Shown here piece after piece: positions 41,013 to 62,800 of a DNA stretch of 64,000 nucleotides (position 1 is the first letter of the stretch; every line of letters starts with the position of its first letter). The DNA comes from Blastocystis sp. Blastoise (taxonomy: Eukaryota; Protista; Bigyra: Opalinata): positions 744,001 to 808,000 of the forward strand of contig JBBPEB010000034.1 of the NCBI GenBank assembly GCA_039096225.1, read 5' to 3'. The notes under the pieces are model-generated. The model was not told the DNA's origin. It worked only from the letters and a program-made list of their open reading frames with translations, and searched no databases. A program made the position numbers and the translations under genes.

Positions 41013-42260
41013 TACATGTTGGGTCTAATATATGTTGTTCCACAGCTTGTTCAGCAACAAGAAAACGGAATATACGACTACTTTCTCTAAAATGAGAAAG
41101 TGATTCTTGCATCTATATATATAGAATAAGGTATATATTATATGTATTATTTTAAGATATTGAATGGAATAATAATAATAATTATAATAATAATTTGGTT
41201 TATAATAATAATAATTTGGTTTATAAGAATAATAATAATAAATATAATAATAATTTGGTTTATAATAATATAAATACAGCTTCTTTCGCTTTAGTAAGAT
41301 AAAGTTCCATGGAAATAGCACTTACTTCTTCTTCTTCTGGATTCTCTTCCATATCTTCTTTCATATTACTATAAATCATACAATTATCTTGAGCATAATA
41401 AAACAATGCTATAGCTACCGCACTCTCACTATCTCCTACTGGTCTATATATAATAATAATAATAATATATATAAATATAATATAATAATAACATAATAAA
41501 CATACAATAATAATATATATAAATACCTAGAAGAAGCAGGATAAATAGATTTTAATATTTTAAGACTACTTTTATTATCTTTAACAGATGTTTCATAATT
41601 ACCTATATATAAATAATAATAATAATAATAATAATAAACATTATAATAATAAACATTATAATAATAATAATAAACATTATAATAATAATAAACACAATAA
41701 TAATAATAATAAACATTATAATACTAATAATAAACACAATAATACTAATATATACCATTCATCAATGATACATCTCCTAATCTCATAAGTACTTGAGCTA
41801 ATTCTTCTTTATTTGAACCAGATTTCTCATATATATAACGAGCTATATATATAAAATAATAATATAAAAATAAAAAAAAAAAAAATAAAAACCATACCAG
41901 CTTCTAAATTTTCCCAAGCAATTTTGACATCTTCTTCAATAGCATTAGCTAAAATAATACATTATAAATAATATAAAATATATAAAAATATACAGAGAGC
42001 ACCACCAGTTTCTACCTATAAATATTTAAAAACAATATAAACTAAAATAAAAATACATTAACACGCTCAATAAGAATACTACCATATCTGTAATAGACAG
42101 GAGCAGTTTTTATATTTAATTCTCCATATTTTTGACAAGTTTGTTCTAAAAGATCGGAGAGAAGAGCAAGAGAACCTTCAAAATCATTATTTCTAGCTTT
42201 TTCTCTAGCTTGTTCATATCTAGGATCCTCAATTCCACAAACAGCTTCAACACCAGACAT
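40518..42260 (-). CDS. NASP: NASP/Sim3/Hif1 SHNi-TPR histone chaperone
   Basis: 'QKYGELNIKTAPVYYRYGSIL', 'DVKIAWENLEAARYIY', 'LAQVLMRLGDVSLMNGNY', 'LEIIHDLDDKIND', acidic tail. Confidence 0.88.
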
Positions 42261-43905
42261 ACTTTCAAATAATTTATAAATAAACAGACTATAGAATAGA
42301 TTTCTTATAAACCATTTGGTGAAAGGTTGCTTTGTCATTTTTGGCGGGCTTTCCTGAATGGAACCAAAATGAAATTATTAAAAAACCTCTTTTTGTTTTT
42401 AGATTCCCGTGATATTTCTACATTATTTAGAAAAGTGATAGTTTTTACATGATTCATTGATTTTCTTAACTAAGAGGAAACGTAGAGTGATTATTCAATA
42501 GTAAGCAAAACAAAAAATGTCTTCTGCTTTTTTATTATGAAGTGAATTTAGTGTCATTCTTGTCTTTTTAATACAAAAATAGTTTATATATGTCTCTATA
42601 CTATTATAAATGACCATTAATATAGTATATGAATATGAATACATGGTTATTAGACAACAAAACTACAATTATATAGAAAATGATAAGAAAACGAGATTTT
42701 ATGCATAATGTGATATGTCCAGATCTTTTATTATTTGTCTATAATTCTTTTTATATACTTTAATTCAACATGTTATGATTAAGATAGGTCATACTTATTT
42801 TTTTTTGAGTATATAAGTATGAATAAGATCCAAATAGTAACTGATATATGTTATTTGAAAATCGAATAATTATACAGTGCAGTTATAAGTATTTTGAAAT
42901 CTTAGTAATGAATATATAATGTGGTTAAAATTGATTGAAAAAAAGAAAGTGGGATAATTTTATAATAATGAGAAATAATATATGATTTGCTTAACATCAA
43001 AAGAAACTAAAAATGGATATATGTATATAAATTCTGTCATAAACATGTATTAAATGAGAATATGAATATTAAAAAAAAAAATAGATATAAAGCCTAAAAT
43101 AAAAAAATAATAAAAAAATATATTATAAAAAATATATTATAAAAAATATAAAAAATATATTATAAAAAAAATATAAAAAATATATTATAAAAAAAAAATA
43201 AATATATCACTTGTTGTAACGTTTTAAATATAAAATAATTTGACAATGATATATATATATATAATGATACATATATAATGATACATAATGAATACAGATA
43301 AATAACCATAAAAAGCATAATAATGATAATAATGGGATTCACATAGAATATGTAAATAGAAGATAGGTAATTGTTTCTTAATAGGAAAAGAAATGAGAAA
43401 TATCATTAAAAGATGTAATTTTGTTATATATAATAATAAATATATAACAGATAGAAATCCTAGGAATAAAGTATGTATAAATATATATATTTGAAGAAAA
43501 AATAATAATTTAAAAAAAAAAAAAACAGAAGACAACGTAAATAATTGAATAAAATGAAATATATATATAATGTCATAATAACAATAAAAGAAATATTTTA
43601 TATAAATAAAAATAAATATAAGAAAAAGAAAAGAATGAGTAATGAAATAATAAATCGAAATGCAAAAGAATATAAAAAATAATCACGGTAATTAGATTAT
43701 TTTAAGGAGGAAATATTATGCATATTAATAGGGAAAATTAGGAATAAAAATATAAATTTGAAAAATAATAATAATAATTAAATGAAATTTGTATATATTT
43801 AATGAAAACAGACTATATATATATATTAATTTTTTTTTGATGATGTAATAATAGTTATATATAATCAATTATAAAAAATACATAATATATAAATAAATAG
43901 AATAA

Positions 43906-43966
<61 letters not shown>

Positions 43967-44160
43967 TGGTATATATATAGATATAAATGATGTTTAAAAA
44001 GGATATCACACAGCGAAAATAAAAGGGTTATAAATATATATAGTTGAAACTCAATAGATATATATATATATAGAGAAATAAGGAGAAAAAGAATTAAATA
44101 TATATGAATATATATTTAAAGAAAAAAAGAGAGGAATAAATGGATTATTGTTATTATTAT

Positions 44161-44201
<41 letters not shown>

Positions 44202-44210
44202 GGAAGTTAA

Positions 44211-44498
44211 TTACATAGATATTTGCATTGGAAAAGGAGTCGAATTCGATTGGTGTACAGACTATATAGTATATATGATATATGATATATTATATATACT
44301 AAATAATGTCTTCTTAATGAATGAAGACTAGATAAAGGAGTATGATTCTCGCTATACTATATATATATATGAATAATATATAATATATATATATATAGTA
44401 TATATTAATATATATATACAGGACAGTTAAGGACAGGACAGTATTTTGGTCCTTGTGAAATAGGATATTGATTCCCTACTATAAGCTCTATATAATAT

Positions 44499-44531
<33 letters not shown>

Positions 44532-45919
44532 TATATATACCAAGGGGAATATTAGGATGTATTTTGCTATGATTATATAGTTTTCCATACGAACTAAAGG
44601 TACATCCACAGCCGATAACATAACATATATAAGGAGTTGAAGAAGATAAATAACAGGAAGGAACTACCTCAGGAACCTGACATAATTGTGATTCATGATT
44701 TTCATTATATTTAACTCTCAACTTTTTACGTAAAACAGGTGATAACAAACTAAACATATATTTATATTTCTTTAATTGTTCTCTTGTTGATTTTAAAAGT
44801 TCTAAAAAACGATAGGATCTCTCACGATAACGAATACTATATATATATATATATATATAATTAAATAGTATAGAATATATATAATGATTATAAAATATAT
44901 CTATATATATATATAGATATCATAAATTAATAATAAATAATATGAATATATATAATGATTATAAAACTTATCTATATATATATATACCATTGTGCTTTTT
45001 TACAAGTATATAATTCGTCTCCAAAATGACATCTATTTATATGTAATTTCTTAGCTCTTAAAGTAGTAAAATATTTGGCACAATTTGGAAATTCACAATA
45101 AAATAATTCTTTTGGTGTATGTTCTTTAAGATGTATATTTAGAAGATCTTCATTTCTATATATATATTTAATTAATAATTAATATAGAATAAATATAATA
45201 AATAAAATAAATAAAATAAATAAAATAAATAAAATAAATAAAATAAATAAAATAAATAAATAAAATAAATAAAATAAATAAATAATATAAATAAAATAAA
45301 TAAATAAAATAAATATAATAAATAATAAAAAAATATAATAAATAAATATAATAAATAATAAAAAAATATAATAAATACTCAAAACACATTTTGCATCCGG
45401 GATATGAGCAAGCAAATATTAATCGATTTTCATGTATTTTTTGATGATAATTAAGAGCTAATTTATTAGTAAATGTAGCATCACATTCAGGATAATTACA
45501 TTTATAAAGTATAGTTGCTATAAAAAATAATTTTAATACTGATAATAAAAATAAATAATATACTATTATGACTCTTCATATGAGTACTGAGTGAGTTTTG
45601 ACGAGCATATCTCTTTGAACATAAAGGGCATTCAAAAGCTTTTTCTTTTGTATGAGTAACCTAGAAATGAAGAAAATAGAAACAATGGATCAATAAATTT
45701 CATAATTGAATTATAAAAGAAATATAATTAAATAAATACAAGATGATCACGTAGATGACAATTATCATAGAAGCGCTTATTACAAAGTTGACAAATAAAA
45801 TTCTTATTTCGCCTGCGTTTTCCATACATTTGTCCTGATTCATCTAATGAAGAATCAGAATGATTCTCTGAATCTGTTAATGATGGTGTACTGAGAGAAC
45901 AAGATTGAGCCATGTTCAT
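44211..45919 (-). CDS. Multi-C2H2 zinc-finger transcription factor (at least 7 fingers)
   Basis: '[44 protein letters not shown]', 'CNYPECDATF', 'CSYPGC', 'CEFPNC', 'CYVIGCGCTF', 'CPVLNC'. Confidence 0.88.
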
Positions 45920-46325
45920 CGTTTTTTATTATTTAATTTTTAATTATTCAAATTAATAAATGTTCAATAAGATCTGTATAATTCTGATATACCACAAAGT
46001 ATCAAAACTTATACAGAAAGACAAACAATCTTTAAAGTAGAAAATTCAAAAGTGATAAACCATTCTTTGGGGAATTTGATGAACACAACTTTTATTTTTT
46101 GTTTTTTATGATTATTTATAATACAAACAGTTGAAAATGAAATTTTCAATTTGTTTCTAGTTAAACGGGAATATTTTTCTTCATCGTTATATTTCTAGAA
46201 AAGTTGTGATTATTCTATAAGTTTTGTTTTTATTCTTTACACCTTTTTTTCTTACTTATTTATTTGGTATTCTATATAATTTAATCATCATTTATATTCA
46301 AAATCAATTCTTTAGTTCAGAAATC

Positions 46326-52717
<6,392 letters not shown>

Positions 52718-53523
52718 TATATAATATATCTATACTATTCATAATAAAATATGAAATATAATCTTTACTCAATTATATTATAATAATATATAAACATAAA
52801 TCTATTTTTATTAATTATTTTTTTCTTTTTCTATTTTGTTTTATATGTTTTTTTTGTTATTTGTTTTGTATTTTTATATTTGAAATACCATATAATTATT
52901 ATAAAATATAATTATCTAATATTTCTTATTGTTAGCATTTTAGTTTGTCAGTCTATATTTATTCATCTTTCATATAATTTATTAAATTTAACGACCTAAT
53001 TAATTAAAGTATTCTTTTTATTTTAATAGTTTTTCATTGTTTATTCAAACATTTTCTTTGTCAAATAACACAAAAATTAAATTTTGAAAAATAAATGACT
53101 ATTGTAAAAAAGAATATTATCACAAATATGGCTCTTCAAATAATTACTACATGACCGCTTTATAGGTAACAAATTTTTTCCTTTTCAATTCTAGTAAAAT
53201 AATATCTTTGTAAAAATGGGCAATTTGAAAAAATAGTCGCGATTATTCTCGGTTCAAAATTCTTTGTATATGTGTTCTTGAAGAGAAACCTGAATTAAAA
53301 AGTCAATAACCGTGGGAAAAATGAGTTAATGATGTTTTCAGACGCTTTAAGTGATTCTTTTAACAAATTTCAGAAGAAAAAAAATAACTATACCAAGAAA
53401 ATTTATTTTAATTCAGTTATTATTGAATTATTATTTATAGTAGTTGATACAAAGATAATTGTTGATATTAGTATGTTATACATGATATGTTAAATGAAAA
53501 TAATAAAAATAGTAGATTAATTC

Positions 53524-54296
53524 ATGGATTCAGAAACTAAACAACAAAAGCGTAGTCTAGAACATCCAGAACCAGTCTCTAAACATACAAAGAATACTGC
53601 TGATTTCATTTTTAACGATAAAAGTAAAGTGAGCGTTGAATTATCTTTTTTGAAGAAATATCCAACGTCGTTATTATCGAAAGCACTTGAGAATTCTGCT
53701 AATTATTTACAAGATGAAGATGCTTACTATATAGATTCTTCAAGATTCTCTGTTGATTCTTTGATTTTATTAATGGAAGGAAAAATAGCACCTGATTCTT
53801 TACCCATGAATGAAATCTGTGAAATAAAAAATGCTGCAAATTATTACTTTGGAAATGATATATTCGATATTAAGGCTAAAATAGAAGTTACTCTCCAATT
53901 TTTTTTAAGTGCTTTTATGAAGCAGAACGGTTGTTCAATGTAACTATATATTTTATTATAATATAAAAATATCTTTATAGAGAAGATAAACAACGAAATG
54001 GTGAAAATAAGCAGACATTACTTATAAATGGTATATATGATAATAAATATATTTATAATTTTTTTTTTAGGTATACTAACTAAGGAAAGAAATGTCAAGT
54101 TTCTGGAATATTCACGATTATTTGAAATAATGAATATTAAAAGAGTAGTAATAAAATGTATGTTTTATTATTATTATTATTATGTAAATATATATATATA
54201 ATATAGTTAATTTTTCAGAAGATATTCCTTATGAATATATATATCCCTCCAATCTACATGAACTATTTCCACAATTAGAAGAATATGAACTTAAAA

Positions 54297-54340
<44 letters not shown>

Positions 54341-55038
54341 CCAGTAATAAAATTAATTAAGGAGATATGTATACATCCTTCAAATCCTCATTATATATTA
54401 TTATATAAAGAATATAAACGACAATATTACAAGAAATATTATCCTGAAGCTTATAACGCTTATATTTACTCATCTAGATATAGAATCATTCTCTTTACCT
54501 TCTAATAAAATTCGATTACATTCACGAAGAAACAATGCGAATAATCATCAAGAAGAAGAAAATATTATTCATCATGAAATAATACCTATTAATATTGATG
54601 AAGAAATACAGAATGAAAAAATTACCAAGAAACTTAATTTATATACAGATTCAATTTATGAATATATTCCAATTAGTCATGAACAAAAATTAGTGAAAAA
54701 AAGCAATGAAACTATTATTTCTAAAGAAGAATTTAGTTCTTATACTTTTTCTTTTTGTGACGAAGATGGACGTATATAATATTTATAATATATTTTATTA
54801 TATTTTTTAAATATAGATCTGAATACTTCGCATCCAACAATATCGTATTTATAAACTTATTTAAATTTTTTAGTGTTATATATATATATTTATAGATTTA
54901 TTGTAATACCCTATAATATCTAAATTATTATTTATATTATATATATAGCCGTGGAAGATGTGAACCTCCTTGTATTCAAATCGATAATTATCTACTCAAA
55001 TTACCTGTTTTTAAACAATTAAGAAATTGTCTGGACTG

Positions 55039-55110
<72 letters not shown>

Positions 55111-56939
55111 GGCAGCTATTATCAATTAGAAACAGTTTCCCCTTTTTTCAAATCACTAAGTGAAGGAATATTTGATAATATACAGATAATGGAATTAAAA
55201 AATTGTATATCTATTGTTTTATTCTATTTAGCAATGTATATATATAGTTATTAACTGTGAAATGTATCCTGAGTATATACAATTATTTAAAGATATTATT
55301 ACAACTCATGTATTTGCAAATATTAAAACTTTAAAGATATATAGTATATATATGTATATAGTTAATAATTTATTCATATATATACTATAGTATATGACGA
55401 GTTAGACCATAGAATACAATTATACAAAGAAATACTTCCATTAATAACAAGAAATAATTTCCCTAAATTATCTATATATACTATTAATTATAGTACAAAT
55501 TTTAATCTTCTTGAAGATCATTTTGGAATCATTTCTTTATTAACGCCTACTTCTTTAATTGAATTAGTAGATATTATATATCTATCTAATGGATATAAAA
55601 CTACTATTCAATTAAATGAGTCTTATGTTAATACTATGTGTCAAGTTAAACAATATCATAAATTTAAGATTCAAGGTATATTGATTTATATATATATATA
55701 TTAATTATTTATAAATAACATATTTATATAGTTGATTTTGATATTAATAATTACAATGAATTATGGAAAAAGTTATTTGATTCTGAAGTTATCAATTTTA
55801 ATACATTAACTATTAACTGTATATGTTATGAAATATTCTTTATAAATATAATATATATTATATATAGTAAGTAAAATAGACCCGCTGATTCATGATTATT
55901 CATTTGATTTAAGTCATTGCTCTATAAAGTGTCTTAATATAGGTATATATATATATTCTTTTTGAAATAGCTTTATTTCTTATTTATATAATTTTATTAA
56001 AATAATTTATTATATATATAGATATTAATAATGATTCAATAGATAAGATGAAAGATATTCAAAATCTTCTACAAACTATCAATACTACAAATTTGGAAGA
56101 AATCTATTTTCATTGTATGAATATATATATTAACACTGGTATTGTAATCTATATATTTATAATTTATAGTTGAACATTATGATACTGATACTTTTACAGA
56201 ATTCTTCAATGCATTATTACATATTCTACATAATAAATTTTATAATAATGTCACAAAAGTTGATATTAGTATAATTATTAATTATTTACTTTTGTGTTTA
56301 AATGTTTATTATAACAATAGGTGTTAAATATAATTCAAACATAGGTTTCCTTAATGAGAATCAAATGATTGAAATGAATAGAATTCTATTAGAATTCTTC
56401 TCTTTATTTACAGATAATATCCGATCTTTATATATACGTATATAAATACTTATATATGATTATTTATATATAATAACAATTATTTGTACAGCGACATATC
56501 TATTAAATTATTTATGTTTAACAAATGAATGCATGAATTTACCTTTATGGGCTAATTTAAAAGAAATGAAAATATATATGCGTATATATATTATTTATAT
56601 TATATATATTATATATATTATAAACTATTTATATATAAATATAGGTGATGAAACTCATAATTATCCAGATGATGCTGAAAAATATCCATTTAAAATGTTT
56701 GATAATATATCTGAATTAATTAACAATAAAAAATTAATTCATCTTCAATCAGTTACTATGGTTTGTGATTATATATTTTATTGTATATATGTATAAATGA
56801 TATTTTATTTTTAATAAATGTTCTTTATAGCACATGACCCAGAGACATATGAATATGCTTATCCCTTTATTCAAACAATTACGAATTGTTCTTTAAATTC
56901 TCTTCCTTGTTTAAAACAATTCCTTGTAGATGATGGTTG

Positions 56940-56970
<31 letters not shown>

Positions 56971-57504
56971 CTTATCTATTTATTATTATAATATAAAGCC
57001 CTCGACAAAACGAATCTTTTCAATGTATTTCCTTCTCTTTATTTTGATCATCATATGATATGTAATACGATTAAAATGAACTATGAAATCATTCATTATT
57101 ATAATCTTTTTCTTGACTATTCTGAATATATATATAAGGAACTACAAAAACCATATACAAAAGGAATCACTAATTTATATTTACGTATATATATTATTAT
57201 TATTATTATTATTATCATTTAAATAATGTTTACTATATACTTATGTTTCTATATATATAGGCATAGTAGACAACCTTTTTTTGATGAAATTTGTGGATTT
57301 AATAATAAATGATTCATTTCCTTATTTGAACAAATTAACTATTAAAATTGAAAGTATATATATATATATTAATATAATGGTTAATATATTGTTTTAGGTG
57401 ACACAGATAAGATAGATATAAATGATTATATGCCATTATTGAATAATTATAAAGAAGAAACCAATAATAATTTAGATATATCTATTTATATACCTAGTAA
57501 GTAA
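53524..57504 (+). CDS. Lineage-expanded family member: N-terminal BTB/POZ(KCTD)-like domain plus LRR-like 'FPxL' repeats; apparent frameshift near 54465
   Basis: 'FLKKYPTSLL..DAYYIDSS'; repeated 'FPQL/FPKL/LPCL/FPYL'; clear paralogy to the gene at 59848-63724. Confidence 0.7.
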
Positions 57505-57949
57505 TTACAAATTATGTATATATCTTCTCTTCTTATTTATTGTGTTGTTATATATCAAGATAAATGTATATACTCCATATTTTTTATTATATATTTTTTT
57601 ATATTCATTTTCTCGTATACTCTATTTATTATTTAATTATACTTTTTAAATATTTTATAATCTAAATAATCAAGTCATTTATAATGTGTGTTGTATAAAT
57701 ATATGGTTTTAATGTTTACGTGAAATTTCGTTTAAAAAGCATAATGATAAACAATTCTCAAATCCAAATATCTTCAAAGATATTTAAGTTACATAATAGA
57801 AAAATAGATATTTAATGATAGTATTACAAATTGAATCAATGAATATATATTAATTATAAATAGAAAATATTTAAAACACAGTTGAACACAATATACAAAT
57901 TAAAATATATAGATAATAAACTAATTATATATATATCAAATTTGATGAA

Positions 57950-59640
57950 TCATTATAATGTCAACTTAATAGATATCATTATTATTTACAAGATATTATT
58001 TCCATATGTTTCATATATAAATATTCTTTGATAATTATATCAATAATTCTCTTTTTCTCTCTCAAATGAATACATTCGTATATATTTCTTTGTTAAAATT
58101 AATATATTATGTAATATTCAAATCAAAATGATAATACTATTTTTTAAGAAATAAATCTAGTGTTGATTTTCTAATATTATCAAGAAAAGATTATAATTAA
58201 AAAAATAGAGACATTAAATATAAAAATAATTTATTGTAAATTATTCATATAAAATTAATGTTATTTTAAAAAATATAAATTATGTAATACTCTATATAAT
58301 AATATACAAGTTTATCGAGATGGAAAAGAAAATGGAACAACTTTGTAATTCAACTATTCAAATAATTAATGATATAATGTATGAAATCTTCTCTTTATCC
58401 TCTAATATTATAAAAGAGTTTTATTTGAAAGATATATATATATAGCTTATTATTAACAAAAAAAATTAAATTTCCCTTTATTGTTATATATACAAGAATT
58501 ATCATTGTTAATAGGTATAGATAAAAATTATCTTATTCTTTAAATATATGATAGTGAGAATACAACAAGTATATTAAATAGTCTAACAAAATTCTTATTA
58601 TTGATGATTTCCATATACTTAAAACACTATATATGCTTTATTACTATAAATTCTATGTTAGTATTATATTATTAATATTATATTTATATATACATAATTT
58701 TTATTTATTGAGTCTTATCTATTAAATCATTATAGTCTAGTAAATCTGTTTCTTAAGACATTTCATATACTTTTTTTGTTATGGTTCAATTATCTATATA
58801 TTTATTATTTTAATATTTCTTTTTAAATATATATATAATATATATAGATTAAACATTATATATTGATGTATTCAAGTATTTTCACTCATTTTCATTCTTT
58901 TTTATAAACCTATTACTATATATATATGAATATACATTTATATATAAAGAGAAGAAAAAGAAAAGTTTTTATTATAAATATATGTGTAATCAACTTGAAC
59001 AAACTTATTATAAACATATTTTGAATCTATATTAAGGTATATAAATATTTACTTTTCATATATATAGTTAAAGAATATGTGTCCTATATGCGTGATAAAA
59101 ATTTTTATTCAAAATATTTTTATATTATTTTCGATCTCTCTGATTAATTATCTTTTTTTATCTAGATATTTGTTTAGTAATGATATATATATAATGATGA
59201 TTATTCAGTGTATTCATAAAATTTATATATATATAAGAAAACCAAAATCTTCATTTAGAATATCATAATATATATTCTTATGATTATGATGAGTACTAAT
59301 TCTTTAATAATATATAAAATAAAAATATTTTTTCTAATTATTCTTAATATAATTATTATTAATATATATACCGTATAAATAATTTATCTTTTAATAAGAG
59401 TATTCTTGTCTAAATATTATATATATTTAATGTCTCATATTTTTAAGGAATAACTCATATTATATATACATATTTCATGTAATACATTCATATGTGACTT
59501 AATAAAAGGTTCATATGAAAATTATCAATAAAAATATATAAAATATTTATTTTTTGATAAAGCAATTATATAGTTTATATATTCAGTCAATTAAAGTATG
59601 GATGATATTCGCAATCCTATATATGTTATATCAATCACAT
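57950..59640 (-). pseudogene. Possible decayed gene remnant between the two paralogues
   Basis: Short coding-like patches separated by intron-like tracts on the minus strand; I could not build a continuous frame. Confidence 0.25.
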
Positions 59641-59847
59641 AAGAAAGGGGAGTTTCTGATCAATATATATTTATTATAATAATTTACATGAATATGTATT
59701 GATTACTATTATTTTATTACTTGAAAATTAAACAATAATAAAATACACAATTAATAGAAACGATAATAAAAAGTACATGAAATAAAATTGATAACAGAGT
59801 TTAAGAATAGAAATATATATATATATATATATATATAATTATTTTAT

Positions 59848-62800
59848 TTATTTGAATTCATAATCTACATGATTTTCTTTTATAAATGACGAATCCTTTA
59901 ATTGTTGTTTATATATATTAATTTGCTCAGTTAAAATATCACAACCTATGTAATACATTACTAAAATAAATAACTACATACATACAGTGAAAGGAAATAT
60001 ATTTCAATTTAGGAATTTTTCCAATAGAAATAAAATTGATAAGTTTTGATAATTGGTTTTCTTCATAAATATCTATGAAAAATGAAATATTACATAAAAA
60101 TATAATTAATAATTTACATATTTTTAAATATTTTAATTTATGAGTTTTATTTTCATTTATACAATCAAATAAAGTCTCCATATCAAATTGACTCATCGTT
60201 TCATCTACATAAAATTATATTTTTTTAATAAGATATATATACTATATACCTTTTGTACCAATAATTGTATTCATAAATGCATTACTATCATATTTAAATC
60301 GAAAGATTGAATGATTAGGATCATAAACATAATCATTATCTGAATAGCGACAACCAGTATCTATAGAATAACACTAATATAAATATGAATAGAATCATTT
60401 TATTTATGACATACTATCTAATTGGACAATACTTGAGGATGGAAAGTTATTATTATTCATATATGTACAAAATGTCTTAAAAAAAGAAATCCACCATTTA
60501 TTATCATTTTTATCTATATACAAAATATTTAATAGAAATAATTAATATATAAAATTATTATTAATATATATACAAATCTTGATATATTTTAGTTTAGGGA
60601 AATTATTTGTAGTATATAGTTTGCAAAAATTATCATCTGGTATATCTCTAATTCCTAAATTAATATTTATAAATATTAGGATGAAATATATAATATACTG
60701 TGATTAAAATAGTATATATATTCTATATATACTTAGAATTAATGTAGTTGTATTATGGAAACAACCTTTAGGAATTAATCGATTTATAAATGTCATAGTA
60801 CAATCTAATATAAAAGATAAAATTAATAAAAAAGTTATCATTACATATAATAATAATAAATATAAATAATTACATTCTATATTAACCCTAGAAGCCTTAG
60901 AAATTAGTTTAATCATAATATTTTCATATGCACTTAAATATTCAGATGATAAGTCTTCTTCAATATGTACTATATATATATATACTAATATAATATAATA
61001 TACAGTCGATTTTTAATTCACGAATAATTTTAAACTTATTATCATTAAAAAGAGTTGATATCCATGTTAAGTATTCTATACTTATAGCATCAGCAACTAT
61101 AGATATTATAAATAGAATAATAATATATACAACCATAATAAATATACATGAAATAGTTAACTTATTTAAATGTTCTACTATATTATTCTTTAAAAATCTT
61201 TCTAATAAATTTCTGTTATCAATTTCATCTGGATCATCATCTATAAATGAATAAATGAATAAATATTTTTATTCTATATCAACAATATATATTTTATATA
61301 GATTAATAAATACTTATAAATGTTATATCTAAACTATCAATATTTTGCTTATATTTTTCAAAAGAATCTAATTTCTTTATATTTTCAAAACGAGAAGAAT
61401 AAACTGTATAGAATAGTATATATATAATATAAAATATATAAAATAATAGTTTTAAGAATAAAGAATATTTCATACTTGAAAGATTATCAAATGAAATAAG
61501 ATTCTTTTCAAACAATTCACTTAAATGAGGAAAATAACAAATATAATTATCTATAGCAAAAATAAATAAATGAAACTAATTAAGCATAGTATTATAATCT
61601 AAAATGTATATATATATGTACTCCATCCACATTCATCATCAATTATATTAATATGAATTGAATGAGTATAAGCTATTTTATATAAAAGAAGAGATATTTT
61701 CTCTTTCTGATCATAATCAATATTGTTAATACGAATAGTATCAATCATAGATATTAAATCAGCAGGAAATAAAGACTTAAAATTACCAGTATCTAGAATA
61801 AGAATAGTTGTATATTATTAATATACAAATATACTTATTTCAATGTCATAATTAATAATATGTAATTTTGGGAAACATTCTTTCTTTATTAAAGATAATT
61901 TGAATGATTCTATATATATATGATGGTATATACATATATATGTACGGTCATTATTATTATTATTATCATCATCATCATCATTATCATCATCGTCATTATC
62001 ATTATCATTATTATTATCATCATCATCATCATCATCATCATTATCATCATCATTGTCATCATCATTATCATCATCATTGTATAGGAGTTCAGTAACATTT
62101 GGAAATACATGAGTTGTCATTATTGTTTTAAATAGATTATCACCAATTTCACAAGCCAATTCTCTAACTATATAGAATTATAATAATAGAAACAATATTA
62201 ATATAACTTTATAAAATAATACTCCAGTTAACATCTAATGTAGTTAAAGAATCGAAAACACCTTCTTCTAATAATTTCATACAAATCACAGAATTATTTT
62301 GAGAAACAAGATCTAAAATAAATTATTATATTTTAAATATATTTATTTACATTCATTTAAAATGATTTCTGAAATAAACAAATGCGAAGTAAGAAGTAAT
62401 AATTGAGATATACCAATTTTAGAAGATACATTATTAATACTATTAAATATATATATATATAAATTCATGACAATTCATTAAAAAAATAGAATTATATACC
62501 AAAATGTTTTATTTTTTGTTTTTTCTATATAATAATAATAAAATAAATGAATTTATTGTATATATTTACCATTATATTGAATACTGACTTCATCATTTAA
62601 TGTATACTTATCTTCTGTTTTACTTATTTCAACATTTGAATAATCATTTGTATATATAGCTTCATTAACTATATTTTTATATAATTTACGTAACTGGTTG
62701 CTTGGTCTAATGCTATTATAGGACTCAATCAATTTATAAGAATAATAAAGTTTATTTAGATCTAAAGAAGAAATCTTATTATATTCATTCATTTCGGATT

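Noticed and set aside
43996-44006. ATATCCTTT U12-like donor on the minus strand
   Set aside because: It lies downstream of the C2H2 gene's stop codon, and I found no matching branch site or coding exon.
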